A stretch of 63,073 nt of DNA, filler included, from Octopus bimaculoides (lineage: Eukaryota), in the NCBI RefSeq assembly GCF_001194135.2. It is 4 parts of 4 records of this genome, joined end to end, with 100 filler letters (N's around TTAATTAATTAA, not from the genome) between each part and the next. Parts side by side here need not be neighbours in the genome. Positions count along the whole stretch, not along the records: positions 1 to 17,974 come from NC_068992.1; 3 more parts are not named here. One strand, given 5' to 3'. A program made the translations under genes and the position numbers. Positions 1-12,169 of the stretch are shown here, piece by piece. Positions within the stretch are counted from its first letter, which is position 1. The number at the start of each line of letters is the position of its first letter. The notes below the pieces were generated by a model. The model had not been told where the DNA came from and did not search any database. It was given only the letters and a program-made list of their open reading frames with translations.

Positions 1-57
1 GCAGAAATATATATATAAAAATATATATGCATGTATGTATGTTTGTATGTATGTATG

Positions 58-88
<31 letters not shown>

Positions 89-135
89 TATGTATGCATG
101 CATGTATGTATGTATGTATGTATGTTTGCATGCAT
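1..135. repeat. (TATG)n/(TA)n microsatellite
   Basis: Direct tandem repeat. Confidence 0.95.
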
Positions 136-531
136 TTCGAAATCGCATGTTTCATTTATAAGTCTTCCCAGTAATATGTCACTCCTATGATATAAAAATA
201 TTCATTACGATCGCATTCCTTATTGAGTTATATTTCTGATAAAGTTATAATCATTGTCTCAGATGTCGCCGAATGTTGAGTTGAATGTCTTCCAATTCAT
301 TCACGTACTTTTTGTCCATCTCATGAAACAAATATTTTCCACTAAACGGCAGTTTCTTCTGAAGTTATTGCGACAGCCTGATCTCTTGTTTCCTACTTCA
401 GAAAACTCTTGGCCTATTCTTGAAATACGAGATTGCATCGGCCAGAACGCACTGTGTTATTCGTTCTGGTTACCTGCATACTAAGTTCAAATCCCGTCGA
501 GATCAACATCGTCATGAAGATGACACATGCT

Positions 532-746
532 CTTTTCTACTCTAGGAACAAGGCCCGAAATTTGGGTGGTGAGGAGGGGCCAGTAGATTAGATTGACCCC
601 AATACGCAACTGGTACTTAATTTATCGACCCACAAAAGACGAAAGGCAAATCAGCCTCGGCGGAATTTGAACTCAGAACGTAAAGACAGACGAAATACCG
701 CTAAGCATTTTGCCCAGCGTGCTAATGTTTCTGCCAGCCCGCTGCC
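532..746 (-). mobile_element. tRNA-derived SINE, family A (GGCGGCGAGCTGGCAGAATCGTTAGC...GAGTTCAAATTCCGCCGAGG)
   Basis: B-box-like GAGTTCAAATTCC on the minus strand; more than 15 related copies in the window; near-duplicated flank GAAGATG(A/T)CACAT at 517-529 and 752-764. Confidence 0.85.
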
Positions 747-2169
747 TTGAAGAAGATGTCACATAGTGTTAAAGAAACACAAGCGATTTTTCTCTCTCAT
801 GCCTTTTCTTCATATCTCTTTTTCGCAATTTTAGCAGAAATTGGTCGTGGGCTCCACTAGGTTTATATCCCATAAGACACGGAATAGCTTGTTGGGTTGT
901 AATTAACATAGCGATATATATTTCTGTGTCGGATCTGGCATATGATTTACCAGGTTTTCTGTTATTTGCGCATTTTCTTTCGTTTTAATATGACTATGGT
1001 TCATCAAAACATCGGAGTTACTGTTTCTTTTCCACTTTGTTAAGTTCTATGTTAAAGCTCAGATTTCACGAGATGATAGATTATACAATCTTTCAAGATT
1101 CATACTTTATGAGCACAAAAGAAATCCAACTGCAAAGGAGGTCCTTTCGCCGCAGGTTTTACCTCCAGCTGCCACATCTACGGCCGGTAGGATTAGATAA
1201 ACGTGAAATGAAATGCCTTCTGAATGACGCACACGTCAACTATTCCTAAAGCTGAATCCACGAATACACGAGCATGACATCAATGCTCGAAATATAAGAC
1301 CACATACCTGGTTAAGTCATAAAAATACATGATAGCTATGGCTGATGAAGCTAGAAACAACAGCGTGTAGTTTCGATCCCGATATGCTTCGCATCACTCA
1401 GAAACAGTAAGAACTGCTTAGCACTATTGCAAGCTATTTTTCTTTTGTTTTAATATTTTGTTGTTGTTTTTAGTTGTTGTTCTTTTTTGTATTTTGTATT
1501 TTTGTTTTTTGTGATGAGTAACACCATCGCAGCATTGGTAATTCTTCGTGTCATCATGAGTCAGAAGATTATTGCCCCTTAGCTTGTTCGGTGTCTCTGA
1601 GCGGAACCGAAATGGCTATATTGTTCTTTGCCAGCAGAAGGGCAGAACGTCGATCTACGGTTTGGTGGTGAACCACAACTACTTTGAATTAGTTTCTGCC
1701 GCCATGTCTATCTTATTGCTGCCTTCCATCAATTGGTTGGATTCCACACGATTCCTTTGGAATAAGTAGTGCACATGTATTGCTAGAAAGCCGCAGCAGC
1801 CAACTTCGATATGAAATGAGGCCGCGTGCCATCATTTGATAAAAATCCTCATCTACCAAGTCCTGATATTTGAATATAGTTAGTTCTGCATTGCAATTAG
1901 AGAGGCTATTAGGCTATGATGCTATTGTTTATTTTCTTGTTTAATTAGTAAGAAGTATAATTCTTGCTGATTACATTGATTATATTTTTTTAATAAATAA
2001 CATTTTAATAAATAACGACAAAACAAAAAAATTGTTTATCTTTCGTGAGATTAAAAACAAACAAACAAAAATTCTGTTTATTTATTTCTCAGACAAGTTC
2101 TAATGATTGATCGTGATTTGAAATTATGTCGAGCATGTGGAATAATGTTAAAAGGTGATTAATGTTGCT

Positions 2170-2700
2170 TGAGATAATGGTGATAATGATGAGGCAGATT
2201 GATGATGATCATGATGATCATGATGACGCCAATGACGGTGATGATAATAATGATGTTCATTGATGATTTGGATGGTGATAATAAGGATGATAATGATGTA
2301 CATGACAACAACGACGAGGGCAAGTACGATGACGACTATGGCAGTAGTGATGATAATGATGATGATGACGATGATGATGACGACTGACTAAAATGATGGC
2401 GAGGAGGAAGACGGGAAAGGCGACGACGATGATGATGATGATGATGTTGTTTTTCATGGTGTTGTTGTTGTTGTTGCTGTTGTTAGTAAGGGTGGTGGCG
2501 GTGGTGGTGGTGTTCTGGTGACGTTGACTTACTGTCGAAATGGTGATGTTCGTAATTATATCGATGATGTTGGTGATGATTATCAGGATGAGAAAAGCGT
2601 AGAAAATATCTGACGCTGCTGCTGCATGTGCCGCCGACGTTGCTGCTGCCGATAGTGTTGATGATGGCTATAAGGATACAAGTGAAAGACGACAGAATTA
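2170..2700. repeat. Compound GAT/GAC/GGT/GTT low-complexity tract
   Basis: Degenerate trinucleotide repeats; they explain the Asp/His-rich ORF-track entries. Confidence 0.85.
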
Positions 2701-4832
2701 CGTTAATTATGTGTCGTGATACCATCTTCATTATGTTAACTCTCATTGGTAGAACCGTTAGAGCATTCCAGTATTTGTTGCGGTTCTTTGTGCTCAAACT
2801 TGAAACCCTGTTAGCGTCACCTTTGCCACTTAACACTTTGTTGCAACAGCCTAGCTGTAGAAGTCAGTGGGTCGACAGAACTGTTTAAGACTCGGGAAAA
2901 CTTCTTTGCTGTGTTTGTCCAGATTCTTTACGATCCCAAGGAAGGCGTGATGAAGTGCCTGCCTCTGCCAATGAGTCAATGTTTTGTAAAACAAAAAGTA
3001 GCCCATGACAGCGGAAAAGTCAAGAGTTTATTCTTTCATGTGGGAAGACGCGCAGAGTAGCTTTTAGGACGGTTGACTCTAACAGCTATACGACACACCA
3101 TTATTAAACCACAAGCCGAAATTCCTGGTCCGGGTTTATCATTAAAGAGGGTAATTTATTTCACGTTGCTTCAGCGAGTTTTCCTGATAATGAGTGCCAG
3201 CCAGTACTGGAAGCATTCTCAATTCCTCCAGCAGTCACATCATAGATATGCCAATGGACCAAATGCTCAGAACATGGACAGTGTGTCTTATGTACACAGA
3301 CTCATGCACAGGCACACGCACACATACATACATACACGCACAAAATTAACAATTTGAGTGAATTTCATAGCAAACGTTTAAAAACAAACGCAACCATATA
3401 TATATAATGCTAAAATAAAATTCCCAATAAGGACAGATGTCATCTATTAGAGGCTAATCAATGAAGCCTACAAACTTGAATTACATAAAAGAGAAGTGGC
3501 CTTTGGTATCTACGGTTTCCTGTCTTGCTGGAACTTTCTCAGAATAAGGTACTCTCACCCACCTTTAAACAAATGTTATGATGTGGTATGCACTCATCTG
3601 TCCACTCACAACTTCTTTTCCAAGCAAATCTTCAAAACATTAATGACGCTGTGGCCAAAGAAAAATCACTGTCTTCCATCATTTCAGTCACCTCCATCTT
3701 AATCCCTCTTTGCGATTTCTCTACTACAAAAATAAGTGGATCCCCTTCATTGCTAAAGTTAGATGACGAGTTGATTCCTACCGTAAATTATAATTACTAC
3801 TAATTTAGGCACAATGTCTGCACTTCTGCGAAGATCGAATTATTTAACATGTCAGACATGAATACACCACTCTTACTGTATTCTATCGACTTCGGAGGGT
3901 TAACAGACGAAGTTGATCTCGGCAAGATTGAACACAAAACGCAAAGTGCCTACACGAATGCTGTCAAATTTTTTCAAGTGACAGAAGCACGGTAGATAAG
4001 TAGACGTCAAATATTTCGGAACAACTCTTTATTGTTAAAAATTAAACGAATCCCGTTTTTATCCTCAGCTTTGTTTTTGGAGAATTTTAGATTTAAATAT
4101 GATACGATTTGTATATTTTGATTGAATTTTAAAGCGTCTCATTGGTTTGTGTTGCATGGTATCTACTTTTTGTGAAATCATCGAGGAATATCGTGAAAAT
4201 TAGTTACTAACATAGATATACTGCCTAATATTTCCAGCGAGCTATAATCGATTTTATTGTATTAAGTATTTCAATGATAGTCAATTTATTGATCTCTGGA
4301 GATTAAAGTTGACCTTTGCAGGTTTCGAAATCAGAACATAAAGATGCATAAGTGTATACGACAACGCATTATGTTCATCAATTCCACCCGTCTTTTATCT
4401 TCTGTGTCCTATATAATAATGTTAAATCCTGATTGTGACCCGAGGAAGCGAAAAATGCTAAAGATGATCTTCCGTACACATAATGTGAAGAAATGCAATA
4501 ATAAAATTATATTTGATAAGCGGATTATTGTAAATTCAGATAATCGAGAAGATAAATTCCGAAGATAATCGTCTTTCAAGAATCAGGAAGAATTTCATAT
4601 TAATCATGGCGGTATTGGAGCAAAAATAAGATATTTTTCACAAAGGTCAGTCTTCGTGTTTGATTTAATTAAGATTAATGACTGTAGATAAACTATAACC
4701 AAAACACTGGTCTCATCTTCAATGTGGAATGCATAGCGTAATAGATAAACAATACACTGACCAGTGTACTGTGTGATTGACTAATAGGAGGAGGCATCTC
4801 TGATTGTCAATTAATATGAGGCATGTGGAAAT

Positions 4833-5043
4833 GGCGCCGAGCTGGCAAAATCGTTATAACACTAAGTAAAATGCTTAGCGGCGTTTCACTTGTCTTTAGA
4901 TCTGAGTTCAAATTCTGTTGAGGTCGGTTTTGTCTTTCATCATTTTGGGGTCGATAAAATAATTACCATTCTGACCACTATGGTCGACATAAGTGACTTA
5001 TCCCGCACCCCATACTAGCTGTCCTTGTGCCACAATTCTAAAC
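4833..5043 (+). mobile_element. SINE family A copy
   Basis: GGCGCCGAGCTGGCAAAATCGTT...CTGAGTTCAAATTCTG...GGGGTCGATAAAATAATTACC. Confidence 0.8.
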
Positions 5044-5687
5044 AAGTATGAGGCACAAGTACGGCGGCGGTTTGATGCAGTTGTTGCTACGCCGAAAAAG
5101 AGCCGAGTAGAATTTATTCTGACATTTTATTCTGAGTTCAAAATCTTGAACATAGGTCTTTGGTTTAAATTTAATCCAAACCTAATTTCTATAGCTACAG
5201 ATGAAGCATTATTAAGTTTAAGAAAAATAATTGTTTTCAAATAATAAATAGATGACATAGGAACATTTTAAATTTATTAGACAATGAAAACAGGATATGT
5301 AACGACTAAAAATATATTTCTGTTGTATTTTAGGTAAAGCTTAAATTTGTCATAGCACTGAGTCTAAAGTACATAACGTGTTAGAGTACCTTTAGGGTGC
5401 ATCAAATTTAGCTATTGTTCACGTAATACTTTGTAGGAAATCTATTACAAAATTAGTCTTAATTAACATCACGTAATAAAAATGGTAGTAACGAAAATAA
5501 AACCTACAAATACGAAGATAAACAATAACTATTGATATTTTCCTCGTAAAGCCAATAAACTCTTGGATGAAAGAAAGATTACAGAAGGAAGAATAACGAA
5601 TAAATATATATCAGAAATGCGGTTTATATGAGTTGAAAAGATTTTAGCAAGAAAATTCTTCTGAAATACATCACTTCAAATGCATGA

Positions 5688-5773
<86 letters not shown>

Positions 5774-5920
5774 TTATCTATCTATCTACCTATCTATCTA
5801 TCTATTTGTCTGTCTATCTGTCTGTCTATCTATTTGTCAGTTTATCTATCACTCTGTCAGTCTGTCTCTACCTGTCTGTTTATCTACCTTCCTATCAGTC
5901 AGTCTATCTATCTATCTATC

Positions 5921-5963
<43 letters not shown>

Positions 5964-5970
5964 ATATATA
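5688..5970. repeat. (TATC)n microsatellite running into an N gap
   Basis: Direct tandem repeat. Confidence 0.95.
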
Positions 5971-6206
5971 NNNNNNNNNNNNNNNNNNNNNNNNNNNNNN
6001 NNNNNNNNNNNNNNNNNNNNNNNNNNNNNNNNNNNNNNNNNNNNNNNNNNNNNNNNNATATATATAAATTTCTGTCAATCTATTTAACCGTCTATCAATC
6101 CATCTATCCACACATCTATTTACTGACCTAACGATTTATCTTCTTGTTTACTTATATCTGTAACTACCTTTCTCATTGCTTCTACATCTTTCTCCATCAC
6201 TCTCTT

Positions 6207-6237
<31 letters not shown>

Positions 6238-6260
6238 TTCTATCTATCTCTCGATCTCTA

Positions 6261-6304
<44 letters not shown>

Positions 6305-6592
6305 CATTATACCTATAAATCTATCTACCTATTTATACCTCCATCTGTCCACCTATCCATCCATTATCTGTCTATACCTTGAAAGTCATAAAACGTACCA
6401 TTGAATGCTGCACATGGGGTAAGCGACCGGATTGCTAAATGCAGACATGGGAAATTGTTTATAAGATGAATCGTAGGACATGTAATAATTATTGATGTAC
6501 GAGACACAACCAGATAGTTGTAGCTTGTGGAAATACTTTCAAATTGAAACTCGTAGCCAAAGAACTTCTCAATTGCTGTTTCTATTCCTCAG

Positions 6593-6790
6593 ATCTACGG
6601 AAAATACCGATTATACGCCATCATTCCCTATGATATTATTAATAACCAGACATCCCTTAAATTGTATTCTACTGTCTTGAAACTGGAAAGATACATTGAT
6701 TTAATGCTGGTCTGGACACACAGTCTTAAAATAATGAAGTCGTCATGGATGGAACGCTGTTTTAAGTAGATACATTCACTAAGAACCAAC
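6593..6790 (+). other. Candidate exon, 198 nt, phase 0-0, with in-frame TAG at 6767-6769 (IYGKYRLYAIIPYDIINNQTSLKLYSTVLKLERYIDLMLVWTHSLKIMKSSWMERCFK*IHSLRTN)
   Basis: Pyrimidine-rich acceptor TTGCTGTTTCTATTCCTCAG and donor AAC|GTGAGT; no homology recognised. Confidence 0.2.
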
Positions 6791-7143
6791 GTGAGTTCAA
6801 ATAACGATCTTGACATCTAGATATGCTTCCAAGGTGAGAGCCAAATATTCGCATATTCTTGTGTCAGGTTCCACATCTAGCTTCAAATATCATTTTCTTT
6901 AACCCCAGGTCAGTCCCAATAAGTTATTTCTGTGTTAGTTCTGTGTTTAAATGTTTTCAAACATTCACCACCTAAGACTGCTCAATCAAATGTAGTTTTC
7001 CATTTTTTATATATGATACTTCGTAGACTCAAAGGATTCCGTTGCAATTTCATTAATATCGAATAATTCGACAAAGCCCATTCATTATCTGTATTGAACT
7101 TAGCTATATCATATTTGTCCCCAATATTCTTTGGAAAACTCAC

Positions 7144-7176
7144 CAGACAGATCCTTCAGTTGTTTCCCCTGAAACT
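7144..7176 (-). other. Candidate 33-nt micro-exon (open as EFQGKQLKDLS or VSGETTEGSV)
   Basis: Acceptor TCGTCTGTTGGTCCCTAG and donor CTG|GTGAGT on the minus strand; no partner exon identified. Confidence 0.2.
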
Positions 7177-8145
7177 CTAGGGACCAACAGACGAAACACC
7201 ATCGAATAATTTTGTTATGCAATGTAAAATAATTAATAAATTATTTTAATAAGAACAATACAGAGTATATAACAAATTTGAAATGAGAATTCAGCAGGAA
7301 GAAGTATTTCAGGAGTAGGGTTTTTTTTCTTTTTCAAAGTGATTTTTGCAGTCTCGGCGAAAGAGTTCGTTTCCTATTTTTAGACTGAAAAAAAACAATA
7401 TGGATACTTTCCAGACAAAATTGCTGTATATAGCAAGAGACAAAAGTTCATTTTAGGAATAACAAAATCTTTGAAACATTACAAAAAACATGTCTTCCTA
7501 GCGGCTCCTATTTTGCTTTACGACCTATCTTAATCTCATGGATGCAGAAATGAAAACAAAAAACACTCCATGAAAGATAGCATGTATTGAATTCTTTTGA
7601 TTCTATGAAATGGTAAATCAACCGTGATTACATAGCAGAATTCAATTCGTGCAGATCGATGAGATCACTGCGATAGATATCGCAGCACCCTTCACCCAAC
7701 CATTATCTTCCTCCGTTATCAGATAATTCCTGTTCATACCATACGCCCGTCTTTATATAGCAACGCCAAATATAAACTTTGAATGGAATTGAAACTGAAA
7801 TATTTCAAATTATAATCAGGGTTGTCAATCAAAGGAGCTAATATCTAGCAATAAATTGGTTTTTAATAGAGGAGCTAAACATGCCTATAAGTTGCTCTCA
7901 TGAGAGAAAGAGAGGAATACAGTGAAAGAGAGGGAGAGAGAGGGAGAGAGATTAGTATCACTTAAGGTGTTTCCCCAATCTGGATGATATTGTCGGCAAT
8001 ATGATTTACGTACGTCAAAATACGAGCTCATATTGTAATAACCGTTTAATAAGCAGTGATTTATAAAAAAAGAGAAATAGACAATTGAATAGTGGAAATA
8101 TAGTTACAGAAGGAAAAACAACACCACACTATGCATGTCTCTGTG

Positions 8146-8183
<38 letters not shown>

Positions 8184-8325
8184 TGTGTGTGTGTGCGTGC
8201 ATGCGTGCAATCGGACCAAATTAATGAAAACGATGTTCTTACATAACTATATTGGAGGATAATGAGTTTTGAATGGATAAAGTATTTTATCACCTATATC
8301 AGCTATTTACATTGGTGCATATGCA

Positions 8326-8448
<123 letters not shown>

Positions 8449-9547
8449 TGAACAGAGATCATACAGGTGTTGGGTTTCCGGGTGAATGCCCCCAACAAAA
8501 AGTGAAGTAAGCGAGTTAGACCTTGTAGTCAATGTTCTTTTTTCCTGAAAATATGTAACGGAACTATGAATAAACGAGTTGATGGATTTGAAACATTGGG
8601 TTCTTAGCTGAATGGAGAAGATGAAGGGAGATGTCTAAAATATGTTTTCAGGCGTCCGATTAGTTGTTTCTGATGGGTCAGCGTTGAAGCAGGTATGCTA
8701 CCAGGAATAAATGTCTTAAAATTGTCCGTGCCCTGCTCAGTCGCCTCCATTGCACTGCTATATGGTGGAAGGGAATGTGTACATCATGTGGCATATTTCG
8801 CTTGTGCTGAACAATCGCGATGAGGCGATTAAATATAAAGGGGAGAAAAGACCAAGTTTGTTTGGGATGTGCGTTCGACAGACTGGACACCGCGTAAGGG
8901 ATGAAACAAGTTAGTGTAAAAGCTAGGGAGGGAAGAAGATGCGAGAAATTCTACCAAATCTCTCTTAAATCACTCAAATCACACGCTATGGTCTTTAACA
9001 AAAGAGATACATTGAAGTGCGCGATCCCAGATAAAGTGTGACTGAAAGAGAAAAAAATGGAAGAACGCAAAGGCGTGATGGTCATATGGATCTAATGCAT
9101 TTTGACAATAGGTCACATTGATCGGAGATGAAGTGGAATTAACGAAACTCCCAGCCAAATAACAATGGTTATCATAACACAAGTCACTATGTTCCACAGA
9201 AAATAAACAATAAGCTAAGCTGAAAGTAGTCAGAATAATTGTTCGGAAGCATTATACGAATATGTTTTGATATTTTCTATCTCTATACACTGCCTGTTTA
9301 CAGATCAACTTATGTATTTATATTGCAATTAATTTCTATCCAGAGAAACTGAAATTGGAATTTTAAATAAACGTTATATCAATATATAAGAGAGTCAATA
9401 ATTTCTTCATTGAAAATAGCGCAGGAATCAATATTTGAAGTATTCGATGAATATTAAAGATCATTACGAATATTTATTGATTCAAATTTATTGTAAATTG
9501 TCTAAATTAGCAATGTGCTTCTTTCTTTTTTTCTCTTTTTGATCACA

Positions 9548-9715
9548 AGCATGGCCTTTTGGTTAAGTATTTTGCATTGCAACCACATACTTTCGAGTGG
9601 AGTCTGCCTGCGCAACACCTTAGGCAAGTGTATCTTCTGAGGGCTGGCCAATGCATTGTCAATTCATATGGTAGACGGAATCCCTATAGAAGTGCGTCCT
9701 ATATTTGTATTATGA
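9548..9715 (+). mobile_element. Degenerate SINE family B head
   Basis: GGCCTTTTGGTTAAG...CAACCAC...CACCTTAGGCAAGTGTATCTTC resembles the 27921 copy. Confidence 0.55.
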
Positions 9716-9751
9716 AATTATGCCTCTCTCTGTGTTGTGTGTGTGTGTGTT

Positions 9752-9931
9752 TGCAGAATCGTCAGCACGTCGGGAGAAATGCTTAGCGGCATTTGGTCCG
9801 TCTTCACGTTCTTAGTTCAAATTCCGCCAAAGTCGACGTTACCTTTCATACTTTCTCGATCAATAAAATAAATACCAGTTGAGCCCTGCAGTTATGTCAC
9901 TCGACTTACGCACTGCAGCAAATTTGCTGGC
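9752..9931 (+). mobile_element. SINE family A copy
   Basis: GCAGAATCGTCAGC...AGTTCAAATTCCGCC...ATAAAATAAATACCAGTTGAGC. Confidence 0.8.
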
Positions 9932-9934
9932 CGC

Positions 9935-10222
9935 ACGGTCTGGTTCCTGGGCTTTGCTGTCCCGATCGCAAGATCGTGATGTCAATTCATAAACCGGGTG
10001 GTGCATTGTGTTCTTGATCAAGATACTTCATGTCACGTTGCCCTACGATCACGTCGACAACTGATACGTGGAACACAATGCAATTATTCAGACAACGTCG
10101 ATCTAATGGGGAAAGAGAGCTAATTTACAACACATACATTTGATCACTATAAGCAAACCATTTGTCCAGTGCGCTCGGTAAAAGCCGAGCTCTCATTAGT
10201 TGCCTTCCACAGGAGAATCCAT
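9935..10222 (+). mobile_element. SINE-like repeat with a GCATTGTGTTCTTGATCAAG core, followed by (TTA)n
   Basis: The core resembles the post-tRNA segment of the 25784 SINE (CATTGTGTCTTTGAACAAG). Confidence 0.5.
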
Positions 10223-10226
10223 TATC

Positions 10227-10284
<58 letters not shown>

Positions 10285-10559
10285 TTATTATTCTACCAAG
10301 ATCGACTTTGCCATTCGTCCCCAATAGAATAAGTACAATTTTATATTTAAGAGATGAGGAATTATGTAATTATTTACATTATTTACATTTGACGGATATT
10401 TGTCGTCATCTTGTTTGTTGTTAACACAACGTTTTAGCTCATATACCCTCCAGCCTTCATCATGGGCATATGGCGTAGTGGTTAAGAGCACGGGCTACTA
10501 ACCCCAAGATTCCGAGTTCGATTCCGGGCAGTGACCTGAATAATAATAATAATAATAAA

Positions 10560-11062
10560 TGTGTCGATTCTCTGGGACTTCCCCATACATACTGACAAAA
10601 CTATAAAAGCTAATAAACCGGATATTATTATAAAAGATCAGACAAAAAAGGTGTGTTTATTAATTGACATGAGTATTCCTTGCGATCACAATATAGCGGC
10701 GAAAGAATTTGACAAGATCAGTAAATATAAAGACTTGCTAATAGAAATTGAAAAAAATGCGGCATATCAAGGCGACTACCGGATTAGTGATTGTAGGGTG
10801 CTGAAATCTATTTGAAAATGATATCAGGCTTACCATCCCTACAGGAAGTGCAAAAAATCGTGTTAACTGGAACGACTTATGCACTGAGAAGAGTATTATA
10901 GCTTTGAAAACAACATCCATTCATGAATTTATTTATTTATTAAATTTTTTAAATACATATTTTACCTGTGAATTTGCGTGTGTAAACTGGGAATGCATAC
11001 AATGAGCTTCTCTGCCCTAGGTGTACGGAAATGGAAGAAAATTTGAAGAAAGAAGAAATAAA
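10560..11062 (+). mobile_element. R4/Dong-type non-LTR retrotransposon 3' fragment (RLE endonuclease)
   Basis: WDFPIHTDKTIKANKPDIIIKD...LLIDMSIPCDHNIAAKEFDKISKYKDL is the PD..D...E.K.KY RLE motif; flanked on both sides by (AAT)n. Confidence 0.9.
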
Positions 11063-11125
11063 AATAATAATAATAATATTGAAAAATACCTCAGAAATGA
11101 GAACGCAGGTTCGAAATTTCCCCAA

Positions 11126-11171
11126 GAAACCTGATGAAGGCTGCAGGGTATATCAGCCGAAACGTTGTGTC
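11126..11171 (+). ncRNA. Minimal type I hammerhead ribozyme (PLE-type)
   Basis: CTGATGA 11131-37, extra A, stem II GGCTG/CAGCC, GAAA 11159-62, C, GTT triplet, stem I GAAAC/GTGTC with one mismatch (consensus of the copies is GACAC). Confidence 0.75.
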
Positions 11172-11340
11172 AACAACAAACAAGATGAGGACAAATATCT
11201 GTCAAATGTAAATAATGAAAATAAGTACAAGTTGAACACTCGGCTCGGCGTAATCGACTCATCCCCTCCCCCAAAATGCTGTCCTTGTGAAAAAATTTGA
11301 AACCATTATTATTATTGTTGTTATCATTAAGGCAGGGAAA

Positions 11341-11538
11341 GGCGGTGAGCTGGCTGAATCCTTAGCAGGTCGGGCGAAATACTTAGCGTTATTTCGTCTG
11401 AGTTCAAATTCCGCTGGGGTTGACTTTGCCTTTCATCTTTTCGGGGTCGATTAAATAAGTACCAGTTAGGCACCGGAGTCGATGAAATCGACTTAATACC
11501 TTCCCTCAAATTTGTGGCCTTGTGCTTCCAGTGGAAAG
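11341..11538 (+). mobile_element. SINE family A copy
   Basis: GGCGGTGAGCTGGCTGAATC...CTGAGTTCAAATTCCGC...GGGGTCGATTAAATAAGTACCAGTT. Confidence 0.85.
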
Positions 11539-11597
11539 AACTATTAAGACAGGGAATTAGCAATATCGTTATCACGTCCAGAAAAATGCTTAATGGC

Positions 11598-11712
11598 AGT
11601 TCCAATTCCGCCGAGGCCGGCTTTGTCTTTCGTCCTTTAGGGGCCGAAGAAATAAGTACTAGTTCAGCACTGGGGTCGATGTAATTGACAAGACTCATCC
11701 CCGAAAGGTACT
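11598..11712 (+). mobile_element. SINE family A, 5'-truncated
   Basis: AGTTCCAATTCCGCCGAGG...AATAAGTACTAGTTCAGCACTGGGGTCGATGTAAT. Confidence 0.7.
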
Positions 11713-12073
11713 GTGTCTTTCTTATTATCGTTACTGTTATTGTTGTTACTTCGTGTCACTGCTTATGCGCATGCCTGCATATACACACACACCTACACGT
11801 GTTGCACGCATGCGCATTCATACTTATATGCATACTTACAAATATATATATACGAGTGCATGTGTGCGCCTGTTTGTGTGTATTTCTCCACTTATCTTTG
11901 TACTCGGCCGCTGAATTCCCAAGTTTTCTTTATTCTCTCTCTCTGTTTATTTTTTCGTGTTCCTTTCTGTTGAAGAGCGTAAAAGACTGTCTCGCCTTCC
12001 CGGGCTTCGAACTAATACACCTACTTGTTGTTTATACACCTGCCTTCGTCTTTTCTTTTTCTGTAAATTTCAA

Positions 12074-12135
<62 letters not shown>

Positions 12136-12169
12136 ACACACACACACATATGTATATATATATATGTGT

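Larger units (their letters stand above)
10338..11219 (+). mobile_element. Composite insertion: inverted hammerhead-tail fragment (10338-10462), tRNA-like head (10464-10538), (AAT)n containing a Dong fragment, hammerhead tail (11079-11219)
   Basis: 10-bp target-site duplication AATAAGTACA at 10328-10337 and 11220-11229; the insertion interrupts a SINE A copy that resumes at 11220. Confidence 0.8.

Noticed and set aside
439-469. 8-bp hairpin CCAGAACG/CGTTCTGG
   Set aside because: Expected by chance at this window size
1342-1360. CTGATGAAGCTAGAAAC hammerhead-like motif
   Set aside because: No room for stem II and no stem I/III pairing
2199-2888. Asp/His/Met-rich ORFs
   Set aside because: They arise from compound trinucleotide microsatellites on both strands; no splice or homology support
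8700-8930. RTE-like remnants (ALLYG, DWTPRKG)
   Set aside because: Only two short motifs with wrong spacing; cannot be supported without a search
10464-10538. tRNA gene call for the head sequence
   Set aside because: No 7-bp acceptor stem, only a 3-bp anticodon stem, and always embedded in a repeat, so it is tRNA-derived rather than a tRNA
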